Positions 1 to 10,689 of a DNA stretch of 17,339 nucleotides are shown piece by piece. Source of the stretch: Ginkgo biloba (lineage: Eukaryota; Plantae; Ginkgophyta). The stretch is from assembly GCA_024626585.2 (NCBI GenBank), contig JANKJI020000002.1, positions 229,845,549 to 229,862,887 on the forward strand, given 5' to 3'. How positions within the stretch are numbered: position 1 is the stretch's first letter; each line of letters opens with the position of its first letter. The notes under the pieces are model-generated. The model made no database searches. It was not told the DNA's origin and saw nothing but the letters and a program-made list of their open reading frames with translations. Made by a program: the position numbers and the translations under genes.

Positions 1-440
1 ATTAAGTAGGAATATCACCAATAGAGTTACTATAGGTGAGTCTTCATAGTCACCTGCACTTATTATGCAGATGAAGCTTCCATAGTCTTCTCTTTATTTC
101 CTCAACTAAATTTCACCTAATGTGAAAATGAGAATTATGTATGTATATCTATCTATTACTCAATTAAAAATTTTAAAATCACTTACACATTCTATGTAAG
201 TGAACTTCATCCTTTGAAAATAAATTAAATNNNNNNNNNNNNNNNNGCACAAACTGTGCAAACAAAAATTCTTGATCTTTATAAATAAACAATTAAACTT
301 ATCTTGGCCTTGATGGTGTAGAATCCATGGTATAATTACCAACCTGATATCTTATAACAAGAGAACTACTGATAGTAAAAGACAAATCATTCCTATTCTT
401 GTAAGGCACTTGGTCACATCAATAAATCTTTTGTTGCTCA

Positions 441-455
441 CTGACAACGACGCCA
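441..455 (-). other. Degenerate primer-binding site complementary to the tRNA-Asp 3' end (Athila-like Gypsy)
   Basis: The + strand CTGACAACGACGCCA matches the plant tRNA-Asp 3' end CCGGCAACGGCGCCA at 12/15, and all three differences are transitions. It is followed by AAA and then TG (459-460), i.e. LTR ...CA-TTT-TGGCG... on the minus strand. Confidence 0.6.
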
Positions 456-458
456 AAA

Positions 459-1164
459 TGACTAGTTCTAATTATAGGTCATAAATGATCAATCGATGGT
501 TCATAAAATTTGAGTAGTAATGGGAGACATGATCCCAAAAAATAATATCAAGTACATAAAGAGTGTCTCTCAGATAAATTCATAGAATTGTAACTACTTA
601 AGAAACTAAATAAATTGATAAAAAGGAAATGAAACTAATAATTACTTGAACAAAAAAAAAATGAAAAATGTAAAGAGAATTATATAGAGACAACACAGGT
701 GATTTTTTCTAGTGCACTATCCACCTAGATTCATTGTAGTTCAGAGAACCTAATAAAAATTGAATAGCCTTTTGGTATGGATAAAATGTTATCTATCTTA
801 TTAATTAAAGAGAGATAATTTATATAGCTAAAGGGAGGATGATTATGTAATAGTAAATAGTTCCTCTCCCAAATGGATCGAATCTATTATAAGAAAATTA
901 TACTAGATAATTAATTTCCATCACTTGAAATCATTATTTACGTATTTTGTCAATAGAAAAAAAATCCTCACATACCATCTGCGGTAAACTAGACGTGTGA
1001 CTCAACCATCACTTAAAAACTTATTACATTAAAAACTTACTTTAATCATAAAAGATAAAATTTACAAATAATACATGACCCCACTTATATGTATCCTACA
1101 AGTGAATAAACATCCAGAAATGATATGGCTTACATGGACCCATCTACAAGTAAGATGAAAATGC
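459..1164 (-). mobile_element. 5' LTR (R/U5 part) of a minus-strand Gypsy element, running into a gap
   Basis: Terminates in CA next to the PBS. Minus-strand TATA-like CTATATAAA at 819-827. Non-coding and AT-rich. The right boundary is not determined. Confidence 0.45.
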
Positions 1165-1264
1165 NNNNNNNNNNNNNNNNNNNNNNNNNNNNNNNNNNNN
1201 NNNNNNNNNNNNNNNNNNNNNNNNNNNNNNNNNNNNNNNNNNNNNNNNNNNNNNNNNNNNNNNN

Positions 1265-2700
1265 AGTGAAATGGTTGTAGTATATTTAAAACCCTTAAAG
1301 TAAGGGAGACATGACTTTTATTGGTTTGGTAGGGGATATAAAATCATGTTTCCTCCTAAGAGGTTTTAGGATGTCTAGTATGGTGGATAGGGTGGTTGAT
1401 TATCTTACATAGATCCATATGGATTAGTATATGGCATATTCACATAAGGATTATATGGTGGATTTTAATGTGGATTCTATGGGTTTCCATAAGGGTATTA
1501 GCTTAAGGTTTATATGGATTCCCATAAAATGGGGTTTATCCAATTTATTAAAATGGTTGATTTGGTTTTTAACGAGAAAATTGGCCAAAAGTTTGATATG
1601 GATTTTGATAATCAATGTTCACCTATGTATTTTGTAATTGTGGGTTCCTCCCAAAGTGGTCAACCAATTATTGGATTAGATTATGATTAATTGTAATGAG
1701 GTTGAGGATAAACATCGGTATAGGATATGTTATCTCCTCCCATAATATAGTCCTCCACCTATTATATTATATGATGGATCAAGTTGATGAGGGGGTAAAG
1801 GATAAGTATTAGATTATTGATTATATTACTGAGGGAGAGGAATGTATGGTAGATTTAATGGATTTGACATATTCCCCTAATAAGGGATGTTATAGGAGGT
1901 TGATGGATTACTTCATAATGGAAGGAAAATGTTAGTGGAAGAAGAAGGACCTCCTCATACTAGAGTAGGAACATGAGATGCAATGGGATCATTTCCTCTT
2001 CATGGAGGAGGGATATTGGATGAAGTAGAAGGGACTCCTTTTAATAGAGGGTAGGGAACATTAGATGATGTATAAATACCTCCACTTAGTGGAGGAGGAT
2101 AATTAAATGATGAAGAATCACCTCCACTTTGTAACTTATGTGTAGGAATTTAATATTAAGTCATGGGAACATGAATTATATCTTGGGTGATAACTATTTG
2201 GATGCTAATATTAAGAATTGGCACTTTGTATGATTGATTTTTTTATTAGATGGTCAATAAGAAAAGGGATAATTATATTTGATCCAATTATTATGTAATG
2301 GATTACGAACCCTGACATGGTTCTTGATTGGAAGTATTATTTTATGAATGTGGTATATTGGTACCATTAGTGTGATGATTTGAAGTAAGATTTTGTTTCA
2401 ATGTGATATGGAAGAGGGATCACTTTGGCCAATGTTTTATGAATTGGATGGATACGAGACATTTTGTGTGGACGTTGGATTTGAATTCTTGGGAATAACT
2501 ATAGGTGGTGTGGTAGAGGTTTCAACTTTAGGTGATGATGAGGAGGACCATTACAATGGATTTTTAAATGCCTTAGGTGATGTTTCTATGGGTATGTGTC
2601 TAGAATCAACTAGAAAAGTGAATCCTTGGTTAATGGTATCATCAAGGGAAACTTATATTGAGAAAAATAGATTAAACCATGTGGAATTAGTATTAATATA
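1265..2700 (-). pseudogene. Decayed Pro/Ser/Asn-rich low-complexity ORF, probably the N-terminal extension of a Gypsy gag polyprotein
   Basis: Minus-strand translation gives e.g. SGGDSSSFNYPPPLSGGIYTSSNVPYPLLKGVPSTSSNIPPP*RGNDPIASHVPTLV*GGPSSSTNIF and QPPYPP. Stops are TGA/TAG/TAA, consistent with C>T decay. No gag core motif is visible, so the identity is inferred. Confidence 0.45.
1875..2128 (-). repeat. Degenerate 42-45 bp (14-15 aa) coding tandem repeat, about 6 units
   Basis: AGTGGAGGT begins units at 2128 and 2086 (42 bp apart). Subsequent units conserve a xGGxPSxSNxPPPL-like pattern. Confidence 0.6.
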
Positions 2701-3123
2701 ATCTTTCGATGGTGTCACCTAAGCATTAAATATAACATAATTAGTGTTATTATAAGGTATTGATATTGGCTTAAAATTTTGTTATGAGGCATCTATAAGT
2801 GAAACTCCCTCATATTTGTATAAAATATAGTAGGGTTTCTTATAGGATTATAATGTAAGCTCTTAAACTTAGGAAAACCATGTGATTTAGATGGGCTAGA
2901 AATTTTACTTAATTTTGTTAAGAAGAAAATATAATATGAAATTGATACATAAGGTTATGAATTTTAGATATGTCTTGTATATGTTGCATATTTTACACCA
3001 ATATAGATGTTACACTCCTAAGGNNNNNNNNNNNNNNNNNNNNNNNNNNNNNNNNNNNNNNNNNNNNNNNNNNNNNNNNNNNNNNNNNNNNNNNNNNNNN
3101 NNNNNNNNNNNNNNNNNNNNNNN

Positions 3124-3774
3124 TACATCAGATTACAAAGGCCTCTATGGGTCTTCCTTACTCTTGGAAGTCAATACATCCAATCAAAAAATAGATTACT
3201 AAGTTGGGCCACTACCCTTGCACCATGAGTTGCCTCACTTGGCGGTCTACCCAGTTACACAGTCTTTGTTGGTTTCTTTGGCCCTCATTGGCTCATTCCT
3301 TAAAGATCTACATGCAAGAAACTCACACCTACTCTTTTCAAGTCATCCTCATATAGTAATTCTTCACCCTTCATCACACATTGTAGATTGAGGCGATCAA
3401 CTCGTATTGCAAGTCTGGGAAGGGGTTCAAATCCTCGGTCCACACACGCAAACTTCATCATTTAACACCCCCAATGCCACTTCACCAAGGTTCAACCCTT
3501 CAAACCCATTGGAAAACTTGGGATGGGGTTCAACTCTTTCACCCACACTTTGATTCCACTACAAAAACACTCCTAACTTCTTCTTCCACAACTCCAACTC
3601 TTCAAAACACTTCAAACAACTAGGTATCTATCTATCTCACTCTTTCATCTACAAACCACAATAATAAACCTTGCCAACCATTTGACTAACCAACCAAAAA
3701 TAATTCAACTCACCAACCCTTTTCTCATCTGTGCATAGGCTTTTATAGATGAGCCTAAATTTTGTCAAATAGAT
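3124..3774 (-). mobile_element. LTR-like fragment
   Basis: Minus-strand CTATAAAAG TATA box at 3740-3748 followed by a G/T-rich non-coding tract. Internal imperfect duplication TGGGAAGGGGTTCAA...CCACAC (~3416) / TGGGATGGGGTTCAA...CCACAC (~3519). Bounded by gaps, so no termini are seen. Confidence 0.4.
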
Positions 3775-4368
3775 NNNNNNNNNNNNNNNNNNNNNNNNNN
3801 NNNNNNNNNNNNNNNNNNNNNNNNNNNNNNNNNNNNNNNNNNNNNNNNNNNNNNNNNNNNNNNNNNNNNNNNNNNNNNNNNNNNNNNNNNNNNNNNNNNN
3901 NNNNNNNNNNNNNGAATCATTAAATTCATCTTCCTACCAACAAATTCACCTATCTGTGTTCCTTTTTTGATCCTTCTAGTGCATGAATTTGTATTACATT
4001 AAATGATTTATTTGAGTCATATAAGACCCCTCCTCTAACACTACTCTCTGACATAAGCTATCTAACATAGATTTTCCCTTTTGTCTCTAAAGTCATATCG
4101 ATGTTGAATTCCTCTTATTTGATGATATCAATTCTCCCTAATGCATGTTAGTGTTGATCCACGATGTTAGTTATCCTTCATGGTTCTATCGATGGTGTCA
4201 TCCTTTAATATTTCTTATTGAATCCAAAATTCCCTTTTTATTCATCCTTCGATGTTATCAACGAATATNNNNNNNNNNNNNNNNNNNNNNNNNNNNNNNN
4301 NNNNNNNNNNNNNNNNNNNNNNNNNNNNNNNNNNNNNNNNNNNNNNNNNNNNNNNNNNNNNNNNNNNN

Positions 4369-4733
4369 ATTATAACTCCTCCTCCATGCTATTATATAAA
4401 TAGGTTCATTTCTACTCCACTCTTAATTTGGAATTAGAGTTGATTTGGAGTAGTTGTCTCATAGTTATTTTATGAGATTGTTGTGAACTATTTTTAAAAA
4501 AAATACAAGAAGACTTTCTTATATGAGTCTTTGTGTTTCTTGTGTTATAAATCTACTCATTTTGTCTCCAATTACTCCTAAGAATTTTTAACAATCATGT
4601 GGGATGGTATGCCTTTCCTTAGTAGTGGGCCATCATAAATGTGTTAAACAATATTCCTTAGTTAGAAGCTTGGGTGTTTCCTACCTTCTATAAGAGAGGA
4701 TTACAATCAAGGGAGCCAGGAAAATCCTACACA
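4369..4733 (+). mobile_element. 3' end of an LTR (3' or solo LTR) inserted into the MULE transposase
   Basis: TATATAAATA at 4393-4402. Ends ...GGAAAATCCTACACA at 4733 with no PBS following. Transposase-like reading begins immediately at 4734. Confidence 0.45.
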
Positions 4734-5870
4734 TTTCAAGATAGAGGATGACATCACTTCACTTACTAATCTATCCATAATATACTAAAACATAATGGGG
4801 CTTAAAGTTGTTTCTTTTTTTTTTAAATCTAATGATTTACTAACCAGTTATAGTTATATACAATATTTCATTCTTTAAAAATTTTCTTGGCTTCCATCCT
4901 AGTCTACTAAGTATAAAGAAATATTTTTTGTTATGATATAGAGATTCATGGGGATAATACTAATCTAATAGATATATCCAAATCAACCATCAAAACTCTA
5001 CTAAAAGAACATAAAAAAAGGCTTTCACATACAAAACTAGTTAAGAACTAAAAAAATCTTATACCAAATAAATCCTCAACCTAAACAAGATTAAAAAACC
5101 ACCTTTGTCTAATATTATTTGTATGTCTATATATATATATATTATTTGTATGAAATCCATCCCACTCCCTATAAAATATCTCTTAATCACTTTTTTTAGT
5201 TTGATAAAATCCAAATAGGATTTAAGACTAAGGGAAAGCCTCCTCAACACAAAGATTAGAAGGTGATTACTAGCATCTCAAGAAGTATAGAATTATACTA
5301 TCTAAATTAAAGTGTAAAACTACTAAAGATTTTACATATCACTATAAAAATAAAATTAACCTTTAAATGCTAGAACAATATCATGTGATAACTTATGACA
5401 TATTAAAAATTTCATCTTTAGGATTAATATTATTATTAGCTAGATAATTTCCATACAAAAGATTTTTTCAAGGATGATATTTTGTACATAACATAGTTGT
5501 TAACGATTTCTATAGCTACATATACCAATCCTTTCATTTCAAAAACCTAAATTTCTACCAAATGTGATTTATACATAAAATCAACTATATTTGGAAGGAA
5601 ACATCAACATTTCATTATTTTATTAATTTTTAATGTAGTGGGGATGAACTAAAAGGAGTATATAATGCATGGATAAAAATTTTATCAACAAGATATACTC
5701 TTGGGCATTGAAGAAATAATTATCAACCTCATCTAACTTAATATGGTTTAGATAATAATAAAAAGTTATCAAGGGACTCCTAAGAGGAAAAATAAAATAC
5801 CCACTTATTCAAAGTGTAATGTGTGTTATCTAAATTTGGGATACATCATAATCATTACATGAAAGGAGGA
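4734..5870 (+). pseudogene. Mutator-like (MULE), FAR1/FHY3-type DDE transposase relic with SWIM finger and C-terminal Zn knuckle
   Basis: Collinear motifs in the expected order: QDRG*HHFTY* (cf. DxxGRLxxxFW, 4737-4769); KVVSF..KSN (cf. DVVSFDTTYxTN, ~4804-4833); TNLIDISKSTIKTLLKEHKKRLSHTKLVKN (cf. TDxDxAxxxAIxxVFPxxxHRLCxWHIxxN with identical spacing, 4959-5048); STQRLEGDY*HLKKY (cf. STQRSESxNxxxKxY, 5244-5288); CDLYIKSTIFGRKHQHFIILLIFNVVGMN*KEYIMHG*K (SWIM plus YILxRWTK, 5563-5679); then in the same frame GTPKRK...KCNVCYLNLGYIIIIT* (5773-5862). Many stops and frameshifts. Confidence 0.65.
5128..5141. repeat. (TA)7 microsatellite
   Basis: Direct reading: TATATATATATATA. Confidence 0.8.
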
Positions 5871-6114
5871 AAATAATCCAACCTTTGCTAAGTCCTAAAA
5901 GGAGATGATGATGTAAACAAGGTCTGAAGTTTCTATCTAGATATTACTACAAGTACTTTATGTAAGATAGAATCTTAGGATATACCCCTAATATGCTTAA
6001 GGGTAGGAGTGCATGTGCTAATACTTATATATAGAACAAATCCAATAATTAGACACATGATATAAAATTATTGTAAATACCATAAATAAATTCATTAAAA
6101 AAATAAAAAAAAAC

Positions 6115-7014
6115 CTCTAAATAGAGCATTTTCGTCACGAGGGATGCAAAGATCATGCTCCTCACTCTAATAAAGTCTAGCATAGGGATGGAATATAAAT
6201 TCAATGTCTATAATGGATATAAATGGACCTAATTAAGAAATAGTAACTCCAACAAAACTCTTCCCAACCACTATGATTATAGCACTAAATCAAGGGATGA
6301 CAATAGCCCACATATCCATCCCAGGTAATGATGTATCAATTGGAAATGAGTTGGCTTCAATATGAATTCTAGGGAACCTCTTAAATAAGATGATCATTAG
6401 TAATCATGAGATGTTAAATTTATGGTCTCCTCATTTATAAGAATCTAATCCAATAATTAATTCATCAAAATTTGTATATAGATGAAAATAGCTCACTTAA
6501 TTTAATACATATATGGATAATATTCTCGAATCATAATGCAACTTGAGAACTAATACAAGAATGACTCAAAAGGTTACATATGGTGTATGATACTCATTTG
6601 ATATAATCATTTTGAATAACATTAATGACAATTATACTTCCTAAACTCAAATAGTGGTTTAAACCATTCATAGATTTTCCACCTTTTCAACTCTTGTGTA
6701 AGGGAATGGCATAACTAATGAAGATAAAATTTATCTCGGTATCTCTATAAGATAATTTAGTGAAATAGTACACGTCCTCATTTATCAACCAAAAAAAAAA
6801 TTGTATTTGATGCTAAAATGATTTCTATCTAGATTCCACCATAATATGGTCAACCTAATTAGCTCATTATTATTCATTAGTGGTGGGGCTTTACAAAATT
6901 ATAGAGTCCACATTTTGTTAGTTGAATCTACACATCATCTAGCATGTTATCTACATTTTTAAGTTCATCAAGAATTATTTCATAATTAAACCAACTAATT
7001 TATCCATCCATCAT
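6115..7014 (-). pseudogene. Plant mobile domain (PMD, aminotransferase-like, Pfam PF10536-related) protein relic
   Basis: Minus strand from ATG 7014: ...QLTKCGLYNF (6912) / FCKAPPLMNNNELIRLTILWWNLDRNHFSIK / NEDVYYFTKLSYRDTEINF (6779; cf. PMD LxxCGLxxF...LIxxWxxxxxxFxx...xEDVYxLTGLxxxG), then SYK*GDHKFNIS*LLMIILFKRFPRIH...PGMDMWAIVIP* and HPYARLY*SEEHDLCIPRDE near 6130-6190. Motifs are collinear with several frameshifts. Confidence 0.65.
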
Positions 7015-7217
7015 GAAATAGAGAGGATGGCATGTATAAATATGTAAATGAAAGAGAAAAACATTAGGATAAATATTTAATAAACATTATTTATATATAT
7101 TTAGAAACAAGAAAAAANNNNNNNNNNNNNNNNNNNNNNNNNNNNNNNNNNNNNNNNNNNNNNNNNNNNNNNNNNNNNNNNNNNNNNNNNNNNNNNNNNN
7201 NNNNNNNNNNNNNNNNN

Positions 7218-7236
7218 TATATATATATATATATAT
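7218..7236. repeat. (TA)n microsatellite abutting a gap
   Basis: TATATATATATATATATAT directly after the N-run. Confidence 0.8.
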
Positions 7237-9149
7237 GTTTAGAAATAAGGAAAAAACTCACCTCTTAGCCAATTAATATGGAAATTGATACTATTTTGCA
7301 TTGATGGGCATAGAATAATACAGAGAGGTATGTTGATTATTGCACCCATATCCAGAAAAGGGCATTGATTTTATGTCATATGAATTTTTTTTTAATAATT
7401 TTAAAGAAATTAGAACACCAAAGGCAAAACTCATGAATGAGAAAGGGCTCTAGTGGTACTATATTTATCATTTTATCAATATTATTTGACTTCCTTACCT
7501 ATATGAATTAATAATATGAAAAAAATAAAAATAAAATCTTGAAATAAGTAACCTGCATAGAAAAAAATCTTGTCGAATTACCCAAATACTCCAAAATCAC
7601 TGGCTCTAAGTTATAATTGGTAAAAGGTTTTAATACCAAAAATTCATTTTATTTTCTATCCTTTCCTCTAAAGTTAAAGTGGAATTTACAACTAATCCAT
7701 AAATGACTTGAGAGAGAGAGATAACAAAGCATTCTTTCATAGTTTCCTATGGGTTTACTGATTGAGTAAGCTATCAACATTTCCAAAGTGTTATAAGTGC
7801 ATGGATTCTCATCTACAATGATCAAATCATTATTCAATATGGATTTTTTTTTTCACCATCCTATCATAAATAATAAATTAGAGTACTAAGTTATTATTGT
7901 TATCTTGTGCAATATTTACCAAAGGTAAATAATGCATCTCACTATATTTTCTGACTCCTAGATAGTCATTATATAATTAAATGGTGCTTGTCAAAGTCAT
8001 GATGCATACTTGCAAAATTAGATATGATTACCTACTTATGCATTATTTATAGCCTATTTTGAGTATATTCAACCATTTTTTAGAAGAGATAACAATAAGT
8101 ATTCTATATTGGAACATGCACCACCTTTTAAAATCATTTCATTTTTTTAACTTTTAGTCATATAGGACATTCTTCCTCATGACTATTTTTATGCATCTTA
8201 AGATAGGCCACCTTTATTTAATGCATTAATAATCCCCATACACATGAGATATAACACACAATGCAATGGTGACATTAGCCTACATACATACCTAGTCCCT
8301 CTCCTACCATAGATGATGTTATAGCCTACCTTAAGTTGGTCCCCTCAATAATTAGTTTTTACAACACTCATCATTAGTGAATACAACATCCATATTCATC
8401 TAGAATTTAAGGGATATCTTAGGATTATTGCATTGTATTCTTAATGTATTATAAGTTATCACCTACATTCCCTACCCATAATCTCCCTACTTAAAATTAA
8501 AAAACAAAATTCTCTCACAATGAGGAACAACCCTTACCCTTATGATCACTATATCATGATAGGGTAGGATAGCCCATAAATGCATTAATTTTCTTTAATG
8601 TATCCAAACCTAATAACATTACTTTTTAATGTCCCATCCCATCCTCCACTCAATCTAACTTAAGCTAGGTCATTTAATATGCTAGTTATCCTATTACCCA
8701 AACATGGGCCACTCTTGTAGTTAGTATCCTAATAATATATATCATCATAAACCTAGGTATCTATTCCATATATAATTATAAAGAGTTCATGGGTATCCAT
8801 TTAATTTATTTCTTCATGTAAGTGTTGAGTTTGCCTCCATCCACCAACATAAGATGTCCACAAAAAATATATTGATGAATCATAAACTCAATGATTACAC
8901 ATATATTAGGAAATATGTTCTTCAATTAGGTATGATATGATATATCATTATACATTTCCACCAATAATTTATCTACACACAAATATCAAACAATAATTGT
9001 TAGTCAATCAATTATTAACAAGTCTTCATAGTTTATATATGCACCATTAGGATCTCATTACATAATGTATAAGCCTATATTCATAATTAGTTATCATATC
9101 CTACATATAATGTTCATAAATATTGTACATAAAAATATTATATCAAATC

Positions 9150-9700
9150 ATTATAGATTTTGAATTAATAAAATTCATGTCCAACCAAATTTTTGAGTTC
9201 ATAGATTCCATGTATTTGTCACTTATTGTGTCTCTTTCAAAAATGACCCATGGAATTCACTGAGTTGTCCTCATCCATGTGAGTCTACCAATCATCACAT
9301 ATTTTCATAATCCATATAATATTTTCAATAATTATTCACTAGCTTCTCAATAGGGATTCTACCATACTCTATCAAGTTGTATGACATCAAGTGCTTCCAA
9401 CATGCTTAACAATTTTAGATAATAATAGTAATGTAACTACCTTTAGATTGAAGAGTATAAATTGACTTGTTGACTCTAGCATTAAGTCTAAGTCATCTTA
9501 TAATAAAATGAGACAATTTACCTCACCAACATCGACTAATTCTCTAATCCAACCAAAGTATCATTGTATTCTCTTCATATCATGCCTCATTTCTAATAAT
9601 TACCATGAAGTTAGGACCTACCTAACTCTTAACATTAATAAAATATCATCTATATCTACTTAGGTTAGGACTTATTAAACCATGGAAGATAATAATTATG
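9150..9700 (-). pseudogene. Second PMD (MAIN-like type) relic, C-terminal half; antisense accessory ORF of a Tat/Ogre-like Gypsy element
   Basis: Minus strand MLEALDVIQLDRVW*NPY (9403-9353; cf. PMD LDxxxxxxVxWxPY), in-frame KYVMIGRLTW...TQ*IP (9304 onward), and upstream IIIFHGLISPNLSR (~9690-9650; cf. xxGxxLxPD). Heavily decayed, with internal deletions. Confidence 0.5.
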
Positions 9701-9968
9701 ATCATGGTATATTATTTCCTCAAATATTTTGTACTATAGGGGATTAAAGGAAGATTATGTTAATTGTAAGTTAGAGCAATCTTCCAAGAGTTCCTATTTT
9801 TCCCTTTTGCACTACGACATTAACATTAGCACAATGGTAGTTTAGGAAGGTGTCTATTCATCCCGAAAAAAACTTTAAATAAATAGTTTAAACAATCCTA
9901 GAATCACTTTTAAGAATTCAAGTATTAAAGCACACCAGCCATTTAGGTCACTTCTGCACTAATACTTC

Positions 9969-9979
9969 AAGGGGCAGTA
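9969..9979 (+). other. Polypurine-tract-like site preceding the 3' LTR
   Basis: AAGGGGCAGTA immediately before TG at 9980, resembling the AGGGGGCAAA-TG junctions of Tat-type Gypsy elements. Confidence 0.45.
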
Positions 9980-10689
9980 TGTTAATGACCAACATTCTAC
10001 CTCCATATTTATGGAATTTTTATGAATCAACAAAAATTCCTATTTCAAAGTCAAGAATTTGCCATAAATGATAACAAGGGTTCCCATGGTTTCCTATGAT
10101 GAGGTCCAATTCTCACTACACAAAAAAATCAAAATATTCCAAAAGTAGCTTAAGGGTAAAAATGAAAATATTAAAATGCAAAAGTCAAAATTGATTTCAA
10201 CTAAGTAAACCTCCTTTCCCTCAAATGAGGAGGAATTTAAGGATTAATATCATCACCAAGATTCAAGGGGTGGATTGAGATCTAAGAGATATGATAGTGG
10301 AAAATAATATTCTCATTCGCTCTATATAAATACTTCTCTTTTCTTATGAATGGGAGGGAGAAAGAATAACATAGTGGTAATTGGAAAAACACTGTTAGTT
10401 TGCATACTTGAAGGTTGATCATATAAGAGGAGATTCTATTGAATTGGGAATTTATATCAAGGAGATTTAATAGGGATACTAGTACAATAAGGGAGGGGAA
10501 TCCTTTGAGACTTCTCTATAATGATATCAATTTTCTTCCTTCCCTTTTCTTTTTATTTGTATTCTTTGATATCATTCATTTAATGGAAATATCTTTCTAT
10601 TTCCATCTTTGTGCACTTATTTTCTATCAATGAATGGACATTTATATATATCTTGTATTAATTTTTTCTTTTACATTATGTTCACAACA
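9980..10689 (+). mobile_element. Putative 3' LTR (~710 bp) of the PMD-carrying Gypsy element
   Basis: Starts TGTTAATG after the PPT and ends ...TTCACAACA (TGTT...AACA termini). CTATATAAATA at 10322-10332. No PBS follows, and the sequence switches to an unrelated minus-strand ORF relic. Confidence 0.55.

Larger units (their letters stand above)
4734..7668 (+). mobile_element. Ancient Mutator-like DNA transposon carrying a transposase and a convergent PMD gene (left part truncated)
   Basis: The two relic ORFs are tail-to-tail about 250 bp apart on one gap-free contig (4369-7117) with similar decay. The right boundary at 7668 (minus-strand GAGGAAAGGATAGAAAA..., a possible TIR start) is a guess and lies across a gap. 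Confidence 0.4.

Noticed and set aside
441-455. tRNA gene fragments (Asp here, Met at 12637 and 13627)
   Set aside because: Only the 3'-terminal 12-18 nt including CCA match, adjacent to LTR ends. These are PBSs, not tRNA genes.
2393-2701. 102-aa + strand ORF
   Set aside because: Shadow of the minus-strand low-complexity relic, with a TTG start and no motif.
3914-4268. Minus-strand ...RVVLEEGSY... as an integrase GPY/F module
   Set aside because: The flanking WxGPY and NxxxLKxY motifs are absent, so the segment is left unassigned.
2915-4437. ORFs containing X runs (also 160-342, 12113-12401, 15811-16126)
   Set aside because: They are open only because they read through N gaps.
7560-7668. 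Candidate MULE terminal inverted repeat
   Set aside because: No partner TIR or TSD in the window and it is separated from the ORFs by a gap. Used only as a tentative boundary.
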